A stretch of DNA of 64,000 nt from Candidatus Bathyarchaeota archaeon (GTDB lineage: Archaea; Thermoproteota; Bathyarchaeia; Bathyarchaeales; DTEX01), in NCBI GenBank assembly GCA_963714275.1, contig CAVQNT010000003.1:192001-256000 (forward strand), read 5' to 3'. A model generated the notes under the pieces. It was given only the letters and a program-made list of their open reading frames with translations, was not told where the DNA came from and did not search any database. Positions 53,013 to 63,262 of this stretch are shown here, piece by piece. Position 1 is the first letter of the stretch. Every line of letters starts with the position of its first letter. The translations under genes and the position numbers were made by a program.

Positions 53013-54284
53013 ATGAAAGCTGTTGTCTTGGCAGCTGGCGAGGGTCAAAGGCTGCGTCCTCTCACTTGCACCCGTCCTAAACACATGATCCAAGTGACTG
53101 GAAAACCGCTTCTTGAGCATCTCCTTTCCGCATTGAAAGAGGCGGGTTTAACGGACATTGTGATGGTTGTCAACTACAAAGCTGAACGAATACAAAAATA
53201 CTTCAAAGACGGAAAAAATTTTGGCTTAAAAATCGAGTATGCCAACCAAAAAGAGATGAAGGGGACAGCTAACGCCTTCGGCATGGCGGAAAATCATGTA
53301 AAAGGCGACTTCGTGGCGGTTTATGGGGACCTACTCGTTACTTCTGACATAATTAAAGCAGCTCTCAAACTGCACAAAAAAGAAAAGCCAGCCGTAACAA
53401 TGACTATCCTGCACATTGAAAGACCCGAAGAATACGGTGTCATAAAGGTTGATGGAAGCAGAATAACAGGAATCGTAGAAAAGCCTTCAGCGGAAGTTGC
53501 GGCGGGAAACCCGATTAATGCGGGAGTCTACGTGTTCTCTCCCGAAATCTTCGAAGCCATAAAACTAACAAAAAATTCTCCAAGAGGCGAACAGGAAATT
53601 ACTGACTCGGTCCGAATGCTTATCGAGGCTGATAGAAAGGTAGTTGCAGCTGAAATTTCAGGCAAAGAGTGGCGTGATGTTGGGAGACCTTGGGACCTTC
53701 TGGAAGCGAATGCCCATGTGCTTACAAAGACTAAACCCGAAATATTGGGCGAAGTCGAAGAAAACGTGCATCTTGCTGACTCCGTGTTCGTCGCTGAACA
53801 TGCCAGAATCCGTTCAGGATCCTACATTGAGGGTCCAACTTACATTGGCGAAGGCAGCGACATCGGACCAAACTGCTACATCAGACCCTACACGAGCATA
53901 GGCAAGGGCGTCCGCGTCGGAAACGCCTGCGAAATTAAAAACTGCATCATAATGGACAAAACTCACATTGGGCACCTTTCTTATATCGGCGATAGCGTCA
54001 TCGGAGAAGACTGCAACATCGGTGCGGGAACAATCACCGCGAACCTTAGGTTAGACGTTAAACCAGTCAAGATGGTTATAAGGGACGAGATTATTGATTC
54101 GGGAAGGTTAAAATTGGGCGTAATGATGGGCGACGATGTGAAGACAGGAGTTGGAACGCTGCTGATGCCGGGCGTCAAGATTGGCTGCAACAGTTGGGTT
54201 GGACCGAATGTCATTGTAAACCGTGATGTACCACCATACACAATCCTGATTGTTGACCAACAGCTCAGCCAAATAAGCCATTAG
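53013..54284 (+). CDS. Bifunctional sugar-1-phosphate nucleotidylyltransferase/acetyltransferase (archaeal GlmU-like)
   Basis: Has LAAGEG.RLRPLT..RPK, EKP, hexapeptide repeats, HLSYIGDS and GAGT.TANLR. Confidence 0.9.
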   Translation: MKAVVLAAGEGQRLRPLTCTRPKHMIQVTGKPLLEHLLSALKEAGLTDIVMVVNYKAERIQKYFKDGKNFGLKIEYANQKEMKGTANAFGMAENHVKGDFVAVYGDLLVTSDIIKAALKLHKKEKPAVTMTILHIERPEEYGVIKVDGSRITGIVEKPSAEVAAGNPINAGVYVFSPEIFEAIKLTKNSPRGEQEITDSVRMLIEADRKVVAAEISGKEWRDVGRPWDLLEANAHVLTKTKPEILGEVEENVHLADSVFVAEHARIRSGSYIEGPTYIGEGSDIGPNCYIRPYTSIGKGVRVGNACEIKNCIIMDKTHIGHLSYIGDSVIGEDCNIGAGTITANLRLDVKPVKMVIRDEIIDSGRLKLGVMMGDDVKTGVGTLLMPGVKIGCNSWVGPNVIVNRDVPPYTILIVDQQLSQISH

Positions 54285-54352
54285 TCGTTTACATTTTCCA
54301 CAAGAATAGGGAAAGGTAATAAGGCTGATTTCCTGAGAATACTCTTGGACTG

Positions 54353-54784
54353 ATGCAGATGTCTGTGGCTGAAAGAAAATACGTTAACGAAGTTGCGTCT
54401 CTCATAGACAGGAACATCATAGTCATCACAACTGATAACAAAACATACACCGGAACCTTGCTAGGCGTAAACACGGAAAACCTCAGTCTTGTCCTCGGAA
54501 ACGCGAAAGATCCTGAAGGCAAAGTCATCCCGAAAGCTGTGATAAGCGGAAGCATGGTTGCCCAAATCTTGTCGGTTGAGAAAGCCTTCGACCTTAGCGG
54601 ACTTGCGAAAAGGCTTGAAAGAGTGTTCCCGCGGATGGTGAAGCTCTACGAAAAAGAAGGTTTCATCTGGGTCATGGACCGCGTCAAGGTAACAGAACAA
54701 GGCGTTGTTGAAGGCTCTGGACCCGCGGCCGAAAGGGTACAAAAAGTCCATTCGCAATTCATAAGCGAAGCCAAAGGAGAATAG
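54353..54784 (+). CDS. Lsm/Sm-like protein with C-terminal extension (SmAP3-type)
   Basis: Sm1 motif YTGTLLG...LSLVL.NA, followed by an extra domain (VFPRMVKLY). Confidence 0.8.
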   Translation: MQMSVAERKYVNEVASLIDRNIIVITTDNKTYTGTLLGVNTENLSLVLGNAKDPEGKVIPKAVISGSMVAQILSVEKAFDLSGLAKRLERVFPRMVKLYEKEGFIWVMDRVKVTEQGVVEGSGPAAERVQKVHSQFISEAKGE

Positions 54785-54921
54785 ACGTACAAATATACCG
54801 AGACATGAATGCATGCTTAGTTTACACTATTTTTTGTCAACAATGAAGTCATCCAGAATCACGGATCCAAAGACGAGATTATCAGTGAATTCATGTTAAT
54901 TCGGGATTTCAATGGTTTTAT

Positions 54922-56244
54922 TTAGAAACCTTTTAGGTATTTTGATTCTGCCTTGAACATTTCGTCGACCATGCTGCGAATTTCGTCTATCGATAACAGG
55001 GCGCTGGTTAACGGGTCCATGAGGATGGCTTGAAAAGCCAAGTTCTTGTCTTTTTCAACTGCAGCTAAGACTCCTAGCCCCTGAACGTTGATGTTTGTCC
55101 TGTTCAGGGCTGCGCACTGAGGAGGCAGTTTACCTACGTAACACGGGTGGATTCCGTTCTTGTCAATCAGGCATGGAACCTCGACGCAACTGCCCTGAGG
55201 CAGATTCGTAATTAACCCGTTGTTTTTTACGTTGCCATTTATCTGCGTCAGCACTCCGGTTTCCATCGCGTAAATTATGCCTGAACAGTACTCGCCGCTT
55301 CTTCGGAGCGGAATTACCTCGTCGCTTTTTATTATGCGCCTCATCTCTTCGTCCTGTCTCTTGCGTCCTTCACCCATATTTAGGGATCTGCCAGTTGGAT
55401 CCGAGAGCTTGAACCTTTCGAAAAGCTCTGGGTTCTTCCTGAAGTACGGAACATACTCTGACATGTGCTGGCTTGACTCGGTGTTAAAGAACCCAAAAGC
55501 CTTGAAAATTTCTGCACGAACGATGTCAGGTCCAGCCCAATGAGCGTCTGGCTTCGAGTAAACTTTCGGGTCCTTAAATTTCTCCCTCAAAAGCGGGTAT
55601 GCGTCTTCCCCACGCCACTTGAATTCTAAAAACCAAGCCATGTGGTTTATGCCTGCAACCCAGTACGAAACCTCGTTGAACGGTGCCCCGATGTATCTGG
55701 ACAATTCGGCAGCTGTTCCCTGCACGCTGTGGCATAAGCCCACGTTTTTAATGCGTGTATAATCGTTCATTGCCCAGCAGAGCATAGCCATAGGGTTCGT
55801 GTAATTAATCAACAAAGCCTCTGGGCAAACGTCTTCCATGTCGTGACAAATGTCCAGAAGAACGGGAATGTGGCGAAGCCCATAGAACACTCCTCCCGGA
55901 CCAATCGTGTCGCCGATGCCCTGTTTCACGCCGTACTTTGCGGGTATCATAAGGTCCGGAACATTCACTTCTAATCCTCCGACTCTAATGGAAACAATGA
56001 CGTAGTCAGCTCCTTCAAGGACGGTTCTGCGGTCAGTGGTTGACTCCAACTTGGTTTCCAGACCGTGTTGCTTAACGAGCTTCTTGGCGAACGCTGTTGT
56101 CATGTCTAAAGCTTCTTTGTTGATGTCCATTAGAGAAAGAGTGCAGCTTCTAAACTCTGGGTAGGACAGAAAGTCCGTGATTAAGTTCCTCGAAAAAACG
56201 TGACTTCCAGCACCGATAATGACAATTTTGGTCAAAGCTAACAC
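54922..56244 (-). CDS. GH4 alpha-galactosidase (MelA-like)
   Basis: Has IIGAGS, GDTIGPGG, NYTNPM, GLCHSVQG, GINH and TESSQHMSEY. Confidence 0.92.
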   Translation of the reverse strand: MLALTKIVIIGAGSHVFSRNLITDFLSYPEFRSCTLSLMDINKEALDMTTAFAKKLVKQHGLETKLESTTDRRTVLEGADYVIVSIRVGGLEVNVPDLMIPAKYGVKQGIGDTIGPGGVFYGLRHIPVLLDICHDMEDVCPEALLINYTNPMAMLCWAMNDYTRIKNVGLCHSVQGTAAELSRYIGAPFNEVSYWVAGINHMAWFLEFKWRGEDAYPLLREKFKDPKVYSKPDAHWAGPDIVRAEIFKAFGFFNTESSQHMSEYVPYFRKNPELFERFKLSDPTGRSLNMGEGRKRQDEEMRRIIKSDEVIPLRRSGEYCSGIIYAMETGVLTQINGNVKNNGLITNLPQGSCVEVPCLIDKNGIHPCYVGKLPPQCAALNRTNINVQGLGVLAAVEKDKNLAFQAILMDPLTSALLSIDEIRSMVDEMFKAESKYLKGF

Positions 56245-56331
56245 CTAACCAGAATTATATGATATATAATGCTTAATTCACTTGTGCTGTCTTAGGTCCA
56301 CTTGGGCATCATGAAACAATACTTTGGGTTT

Positions 56332-57082
56332 CTAGATGAACCATTCAGGCTTCAGTTCTTCCTTCCTCTGTTCTTTGGCTAAGGCTCCAAAATCGAAGGG
56401 TGAAAGAAAATCAGCCAGCTCCTCAGCGTCCCTCAGGTCTTCAAAATCAAGCTTCAACCCTAAAGGCGCAGAGACCGCCTTCAAAACCGCCTTTGCAGCT
56501 TCCATGTCTAAACTAGTTCCCTGAGTCTCAGCCAACAAGCAGAAGCCTTTCATTTCGCGGAGGGCTGCTAATCCTACAAGGAGACCAGCTATGCCATAGA
56601 TTTCTCCGCCCAATTTTTGGGCGCCAAGGTTTGCTACTTCATGTGCGGTTTCAATGTCTGAGGCTGCGAAATAAAGTGTTGGCTCGTTCACTTTTCGTCC
56701 CGGTCTGTAGCCGCCTAAAGTGATGACGTAACGGCAGCCTAAGACTTTTTGCTGTGTCCAGTATGCTTCCGCAGAGTTCGTATTGTCCGCGTCGCGTTAA
56801 AGCTTGGGTGTTTCCGTATAGAAGGATCAGGTCTCGGCTGCACTTGTCGTCTGCTTTATGGTAATACATGTGGCAAAAAGGAGACTTCAGTGAACCGCCC
56901 TTGTCGGTTACTGAGACGTCGGGAAAAGAAGCAGACTTGACTTCGGCAAAAAATTTTGCACCAAGCTTTCGGATTAGGTAGGCTACTGCAATGTTTGCCA
57001 CAAGCCCTATTCCGGGAAGACCCTCAAGCAACACAGGGTCCTCGAGTTCAGGCTTTTCCGCCTGTCTAATAATGCAAGCCAT
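56332..57082 (-). CDS. PAC2-family proteasome assembly chaperone (frameshifted)
   Basis: Has EGLPGIGLV, ITLGG (shifted frame), G.I.G..GLL and CLLAET. Confidence 0.85.
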
Positions 57083-57152
57083 GTTTACGGCACCTTAGGT
57101 TAAAGATGATTTCGACCTCAAAAAGGCTTTCGATTTTAAGCTATGTAAGAAT

Positions 57153-57833
57153 TCAATGTTCGCAGCTCAGAGGAAAATATTCCCCGGTGAACGGTTTTCT
57201 TCTGTTCATGCATCTTTCTCTTGGACAATACTGGCAAGCATCATACTCTTGACGGGTTGCTGCGAGGATTCCGGAGACAGATTTTCTTGGAACCATCAGA
57301 AAACTGGGTGAGAGGTTTACTCCAACATTTTTTTGTGGGTCAAGAACTTCGAATAGAACCTTCTGTTGGTCGATGCCGAAAAGCTTGCCTGTTCCTGTAC
57401 CTGGGCTGAAACCAGAAACGTTTCCTCCCAAAGTTTCTTCTACACGGGCTTTAACGTAAGTAGAGGTTTGTTTGAGGGCATAGTCGCCGGTCTGTTCAAG
57501 AACCCAGGCGTTGAGGATGCTCGTTTTTCCTTGCTTGGAAGCTTCTTGTTCGAGGTTTTCGCCTATTGTGGCAACGAATAATGCGATGGTTTGTCCCAGT
57601 TCAAGCGTGTCAGAAAGGATTATGCTCTGAACGTATTGTCCAGAATCTAACAAAACCCGTGTTTCTTTGATGGCTTTGACCTTGGCAAACGTGTAAACTG
57701 CCCGAGGACTAATCATCCCAAGACCTTTTTCGATAATCGATTTTGCCTCTTGCTGCTTTTGCGTTCCGATTTTAAGAGTCTGAAAAACGTCATCAACGCA
57801 AATTTTTATAGGTAAAGGGTCAACGACGATCAT
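57153..57833 (-). CDS. Stand-alone cobalamin-dependent methionine synthase activation-domain-like protein
   Basis: Has FVATIG..LE, FSPG, Q..LF, GV.L..S.LM.P.KSVSG and C..C.R..C..RR. Confidence 0.82.
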   Translation of the reverse strand: MIVVDPLPIKICVDDVFQTLKIGTQKQQEAKSIIEKGLGMISPRAVYTFAKVKAIKETRVLLDSGQYVQSIILSDTLELGQTIALFVATIGENLEQEASKQGKTSILNAWVLEQTGDYALKQTSTYVKARVEETLGGNVSGFSPGTGTGKLFGIDQQKVLFEVLDPQKNVGVNLSPSFLMVPRKSVSGILAATRQEYDACQYCPRERCMNRRKPFTGEYFPLSCEH

Positions 57834-57979
57834 CGGGGATTCAGCCTTAACGCTTGTTGGTTTAATCTTTCAGAAGCGTTGAAGAATTTAAACATTGCAT
57901 CAAGCCAATGCGGACGTTCTATTTTCCGCATAACATAAATTCAGAGAAGGACAAACAATGCTGGATAGGTGAGTAGTGT

Positions 57980-58834
57980 ATGTTCAAGAATCTCAATCTT
58001 GGGGCACTGGGTCTTAAAGCTTCATTTTTTGAGGCTGTTGACTTGGCTAAAATCGGCGGATTCCAAGGCTTGGACATTGATATCTTCGAAATGGAAGGCA
58101 TACTCAAAACAAAATCCGCTGAAGACGTAAAAAACGTGCTTAAACAGAAAAAACTGAAACTGGGAGGCTGGGGGCTAGCGGTTGATTTCCGAAAGGGCGA
58201 CGAGACCTTCCAGAAGGACCTTGACAAGCTCCCGTCCCTCGCTACAGTAGCAAAAAACGTGGAATGTTTCAGGATTTTTACGTGGATTATGCCTTGCTCG
58301 GACACATTGCCCTTCGAAGAACACTTTAGTCTGCATGTTGAAAGGCTTAAAGCAATGGCTGAAATTCTGGACGATTACGGGTGCGTTTTGGGACTTGAAT
58401 TCGTCGGACCTAAGACTTCTCGGCTTAACCGCAAACATGAGTTCATCCACACGATGGACGGCATCCTAAAGCTGCGCGACGCCATGAAAGCTAAAAACGT
58501 TGGGCTTCTGCTGGACTGCTGGCACTGGTACACTTCCCACGCGACGGTTGACCAGATTAAACGGCTTAAAAGCAACGATGTGGTCTACGTGCACGTTAAC
58601 GATGCGCCCTCGGGAATTCAGGTTGACGAACAAGTAGACTGGGTCAGACGGTTGCCCGGGGAAACAGGGGTAATCGACATCGGGGGATTCCTGAAAGTTC
58701 TGAAACAGATCGGCTACGATGGACCAGTAACGCCGGAGCCTTTCGACAAAAGTCTTGCTGAAATGTCAGTTCAAGAGGCAGTTAAAAAAGTCGGCAAATC
58801 AATGGATAAGGTCTGGAAACAAGCGAAAATCTAA
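57980..58834 (+). CDS. Sugar phosphate isomerase/epimerase family protein
   Basis: Has GLEFVGP, LLDCWHW, VHVND, R.LPGETG and YDGPV..EPF. Confidence 0.88.
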   Translation: MFKNLNLGALGLKASFFEAVDLAKIGGFQGLDIDIFEMEGILKTKSAEDVKNVLKQKKLKLGGWGLAVDFRKGDETFQKDLDKLPSLATVAKNVECFRIFTWIMPCSDTLPFEEHFSLHVERLKAMAEILDDYGCVLGLEFVGPKTSRLNRKHEFIHTMDGILKLRDAMKAKNVGLLLDCWHWYTSHATVDQIKRLKSNDVVYVHVNDAPSGIQVDEQVDWVRRLPGETGVIDIGGFLKVLKQIGYDGPVTPEPFDKSLAEMSVQEAVKKVGKSMDKVWKQAKI

Positions 58835-58895
58835 CTGCCTTTTAAAATTTTTATAATTCGTATTTCGAGCACCTTCTGACATTCATGTTTCTTAG

Positions 58896-59225
58896 TTAAG
58901 CTGGCGGAAAATAGTTTTTCAACAACGGTTCGAAGGCTTCCTGCGTTCTTGGTCCCAAGGCGCAGGCGTCGAAGTCTTTCTCGGCGATTGTTGCTAGGCA
59001 GTATTCTTTCGAGCAGAAGATTTCGGACATGAAGGTGGAGCGGCTGCCTGACTCGTCGACCAAGTATACGACGTTGGGTTCGAAGTCGCCAAGGTCCAAG
59101 TATATCGGGTCAGGGTGGGGAAACTGGTCGTGGGTGGCTCGGTAGTGCCTACGAATTTCTGAGGCTACATCCGATTTGGCTTGACCAATCACGAATGTCC
59201 CGCATTTTCGGCAGACAGACTGCAA
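58896..59225 (-). CDS. Hypothetical protein with a CxxC...HxxxxH putative zinc site
   Basis: Has CRKC...HYRATH; 109 aa. Confidence 0.6.
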   Translation of the reverse strand: MQSVCRKCGTFVIGQAKSDVASEIRRHYRATHDQFPHPDPIYLDLGDFEPNVVYLVDESGSRSTFMSEIFCSKEYCLATIAEKDFDACALGPRTQEAFEPLLKNYFPPA

Positions 59226-59286
59226 ATGGCATAAATGTTAAAATAACAGCAGCTAACTTAAAAATTTTGACCCAAAAGCTAGCTAG

Positions 59287-59999
59287 CTAACATTCCACCA
59301 TCTTCGGAAGCTTCTTGGCTTCTGCAACACTGCTCTCGGCTTCCTTGGGCAACGGAGCTATGCCATCGAAGCCTGTCCTTTCAACATAATCAATAAGCAT
59401 GGCTCTTAACTTTTCGGGGTCCCATTTTGCCATCTTCTCTATCGTGTCCACGCCTGCATCATAGTAGAGTCGTGCGCGGATGCCTTTTACTCCTTGAAGC
59501 CGCGCCAAGTCTGAAAGTTTAACAATCTCCAGAACGGCTTCAGCGGGTACTCCAGTTTTTTCATGAGTTCTTCTCTTGCCTCGTGCGTTCGTCCCGCCTC
59601 AAGCATTTCTTTTACGTTTCGAATGCCTAGAACTGCAAACTTCTCAACAAGCGCCGGGTTGATCCCGCGAAAATTTCTTAATGGAAAAGGCGTCGGTGTG
59701 ATTCTCTGATTTCTCAATCTTCCAGCGAGATTCCGCATTTCTTCGTTTATGGTATAGTCATAGAAGTAGCATACACTATGCAGATAGTTTTTAGCGGAGC
59801 CTCTTTTCTTTTCTTCAACATATGAAACGAATGCTTCAAGGGCTTCAGGAGTTGCCTTGTCAATTTCCTCGCAGTCTCGTTGCTCTCGCAGGTATCGCTC
59901 GAACTCAGCCACCTGCGTAACAACATGCTTGGCTACGCTTTGAGACCTCCCACCCTTTTTCAAGAATTTTGCAAATGCATCCTCATTCAAAGGACTCAC
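59287..59999 (-). CDS. DUF4332-domain (helix-hairpin-helix) protein, frameshifted
   Basis: Has FRGI, LGI....L and SDLARLQGVK..RARLYYDAGVDT. Joins ORFs 59487-60149 and 59287-59508. Confidence 0.75.
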
Positions 60000-60211
60000 T
60001 TCCACCGCCCCATTATGCAAGGGCCTAGTTCTTTTAAGACTTGTTCTTAACACAAAACGGATCAAAACAAAGAACAATGGAGAGTTGCAGGAGACATTTC
60101 CACATGGTTTAGAGTTTACATCTTCCCGCATTATGGAAATAATTTTCATTTGAGTTATAGGTTAATGCAGATTCCGAGAAATTGGACTTCGACCCATTGA
60201 CCATGGAATAG

Positions 60212-60284
60212 TAGCCCGGGAGAGATTCGAACTCTCGTCAGAGGCTCCAGAGGCCCCGATGCTTGGCCACTACACCACCGGGCT
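60212..60284 (-). tRNA. tRNA-Gln(CTG)
   Basis: Acceptor AGCCCGG/CCGGGCT (A1-U72, typical of archaeal Gln), GGGGC-CTCTGGA-GCCTC and a TTCGAAT loop. Confidence 0.95.
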
Positions 60285-60363
60285 TAAATATCGAGCTTCT
60301 AACCTACAAAAAAATAAGATTGTACAGAAGAATATATTATTTCTTTTTCGTTTATGCAGCTGT

Positions 60364-60822
60364 TTACCTGTGTCTTCTTCTGCTTTTGAACGGGCGTGCT
60401 TCCGAGAGTTCCCACGGGATCTGGATGTGCGTTTTTTCTGAAAGGTTGTTTTTCGTGTTGACTTCAGGGATTTCTTTGTCTATTTTCGCTACGCGGTTGC
60501 CTCTGCCCACGTTCAGCCTCAGTGAGCCTTTGACGAGTGTTGTGTAGCCGCCTTTCATTTCGATGACGTCGTTGGCTTTGAACATTCGGATCTGGTCGTC
60601 CCAAAGGGTCAGAATTACGGATCCAGTTTCGTCGCCGACTATGGCTTCAGCAATCAAGTGTTGCCTCGTGTCTCTTTTCGACGGAATACCCCTGGAAGAA
60701 CCAATGCTTAAAATTTTGATGGTTAAATTTAAGTTTTGAAGGTTAGGTATCAAGCTGACAACTTTTGTTTGTTCCTCGATTGTCACGCCCACTTTGAACA
60801 CTTCAAAGTCTTGTAGGGGCAT
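60364..60822 (-). CDS. Single OB-fold ssDNA-binding protein (crenarchaeal SSB-like)
   Basis: Has EAIVGDETG.V.LTLW, GY..L.KG.L.LNVG and VNT.NNLS. Confidence 0.85.
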   Translation of the reverse strand: MPLQDFEVFKVGVTIEEQTKVVSLIPNLQNLNLTIKILSIGSSRGIPSKRDTRQHLIAEAIVGDETGSVILTLWDDQIRMFKANDVIEMKGGYTTLVKGSLRLNVGRGNRVAKIDKEIPEVNTKNNLSEKTHIQIPWELSEARPFKSRRRHR

Positions 60823-60855
60823 CTCCTTATTAAGATGAATGGTGAAACAGCGGAA

Positions 60856-61999
60856 TCAAGATTCGAAAGAAGCGACGTAGTCGTTCCGTTTTTGCCTAAT
60901 TTCGAGTACGATTTCCTTTGCCTTTTTGTAGGCGTCCTCCGCTTCGCTTTGGGACACGTCCTCAAGGTCAAACGCGTCAACCGCTCTTTCATAGATGTCG
61001 GGATGCGAAAGACCCGAATTTTTCAGCCTTTGGAAAAGGTAAGTAAAGTCGAACCGTTCCCCCTTTAAGGTGGAAAGCAGCCAAACATAATTCTCGAGCA
61101 TGCTGATTGAGGCGCGGAACAGGTAGTGGGCTGCTTCTTCATACAGGCTGTCATTTATCAACGTGTTAGCACGGGTCTGCATGCCTTTGAGGAAACTTTC
61201 CCTGCAGTAATAGTTCAGGTCGTTCTTTACCTTGACGTGTATGGATTCGATTTTTGAGGAATTATCTTCAACGAAGCTGATGACGTTTTGCCACATGTCA
61301 GAAACGGAGCCTAACATGCCATCCGTGTCCTGTTTGCTGAGTCTGTTCAATCCAGCCATGTCGAGGTAATCCTCGTAAAACTCGTTTTTACCGAGTCTGA
61401 TCGTTGCGGACTCCAGCATCCTAAGGTAACGGCTGTTCGAATAAGGTTTCCTCGCGACCTCCAAAAGAATCCTCATAACCGCGGCGAGGCTAAAAACCGC
61501 GCTGACCTTTGCACTTTGAAAATCATTCCTGTTGAGGGCTGCAACAACCCTGCTTAGGTAAGTGTCAGACTGCATGACGTAGTCCCCGATCCGCATCTCC
61601 GCCCGTTCAAGCGAATAATAGTTCTTTGCCATCAGGTTCTTCAGCTACCGCGAACTTGCCGTTACGGTCAAAAAGGACTTGAGCCTCGAAAAGTTTCTGG
61701 TCGATTTCGGGAGGAATCTGCCTCAAAACCCACTTCGTGGGCACATAATCCAAGTCCAGAAAGACGTTTTCAAGTTCAGCGCGTTCCACATACTCGTAAC
61801 TGAAGTCTCTTTCGTCCACGATGAGGAGGTCAACGTCGCTGCTTAACGAAGCGTCTCCTCGGCTCCAACTGCCAAAAAGTCCAACGCCTACAACGGACTC
61901 TCTGGTCTCCAAGTCCTTCAATAACCGTTCAAGGACTTCTCGGGAGTTTTCAGGTAACCTTTCCAAACCGTTTCCCCCAGACAACCCTAAATTACCCAT
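60856..61999 (-). CDS. Pol beta-like nucleotidyltransferase domain protein with helical C-terminal domain (frameshift near 61630)
   Basis: Has LFGSWSRGD...SDVDL, LDLD and LFDRNG. The helical region is in ORF 60856-61632. Confidence 0.78.
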
Positions 62000-62268
62000 A
62001 ATACCCTAATATAAATATCTGGGTCTATGACGGGAAATAATCATTCTTTACGTGAATCATTCTAATGATATAATCGGCTCTGGCGAAGTACTGATCTAAC
62101 ATTTACTTGAAAAACCGAAAGATTTATATATTAAAACAAATCCCTAAAGGAGGGACGCGAACTGATGAACTTGCCCCGATTCTGAACTTATGTTAAGAAT
62201 CGTGTTTTGCGAGGTTCTTAAGTCAACAATACTCAATTTCGCATATCATTTAAAGGTGGAAAAAAAAT

Positions 62269-63213
62269 TTGGAAAAGAAAAAGAATCCAACACGCCCTCA
62301 ACAGCTGATGGTCAACAAGTGCCCAGAATGTGAGAGCTCAAACCTCGTTCACGATTACGATTCTGGCGAAACCATCTGCGGAAGTTGCGGTCTCGTCGTC
62401 CAAGACGTCATGATGGACGAAGGACCAGAATGGCGGGCGTTCACGCAGGAAGAAAAAGAATCCCGAAGCCGTGTCGGCATACCAACCTCTTACTCAGTTC
62501 ACGATAAAGGACTTTCAACGTCAATAGACAGGATAGACCGAGACGCATTCGGACGCAAGCTGCCGTTGTCAACAAGGCTCCAGATGTGGCGACTCAGAAA
62601 GTGGCAAATAAGATCCCGCGTACACTCATCAATCGACAGAAACCTTGCCCAAGCCATGACCGAACTCGACAGGCTGTCCGACAAGGTTTCAGCACCAGCC
62701 ACCGTAAAGGAAAAAGCAGCCCTGATCTACCGCAAAGCTCTGGATGAAGGATTAGTACGTGGAAGATCAATTGCCGCCATCGCTGCGGCTTCTCTTTACG
62801 CTGCCTGCAGAACAACGGGCACGCCTAGAAACCTCCGCGAAATTTCTGAAGCAAGCCTCGTAGACAAGAAGGACGTTGCCAGATGCTACAGGCTGCTGCT
62901 TAGGAAGCTCGATTTCCGTATGCCGATTGCTGATCCGCTCATTTACTTGACAAAGATTGCCCAAAGATCCAACATTTCAGGCCACATCCAATCTGACGCC
63001 GCAAGAATCATTAACGAAGCAAAGATCTTGCACGCCTCAGCGGGGAAAGACCCCATGGGACTTGCAGCCGCCGCGCTCTACATTGCCTGCAAACAAGCTG
63101 GCGAAAAGAAAACCCAAAAGGAAATTGCTGACGCTGCGGGCGTAACTGAAGTAACCGTGAGAAACCGGTTCAAAAACCTTAAAAGGCAACTGAGGCTGGA
63201 ACTCCCCGACTAG
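62269..63213 (+). CDS. tfb: Transcription initiation factor IIB
   Basis: Zn ribbon CPEC..CGSCG, GPEWRAF, cyclin repeats GRS/GKDP and VTEVTVRNR. Confidence 0.97.
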   Translation: MEKKKNPTRPQQLMVNKCPECESSNLVHDYDSGETICGSCGLVVQDVMMDEGPEWRAFTQEEKESRSRVGIPTSYSVHDKGLSTSIDRIDRDAFGRKLPLSTRLQMWRLRKWQIRSRVHSSIDRNLAQAMTELDRLSDKVSAPATVKEKAALIYRKALDEGLVRGRSIAAIAAASLYAACRTTGTPRNLREISEASLVDKKDVARCYRLLLRKLDFRMPIADPLIYLTKIAQRSNISGHIQSDAARIINEAKILHASAGKDPMGLAAAALYIACKQAGEKKTQKEIADAAGVTEVTVRNRFKNLKRQLRLELPD

Positions 63214-63262
63214 CCAGTCTTAGATTAGCCTTAATTTTTTTTAACAAAATTATGTTCAGTAG

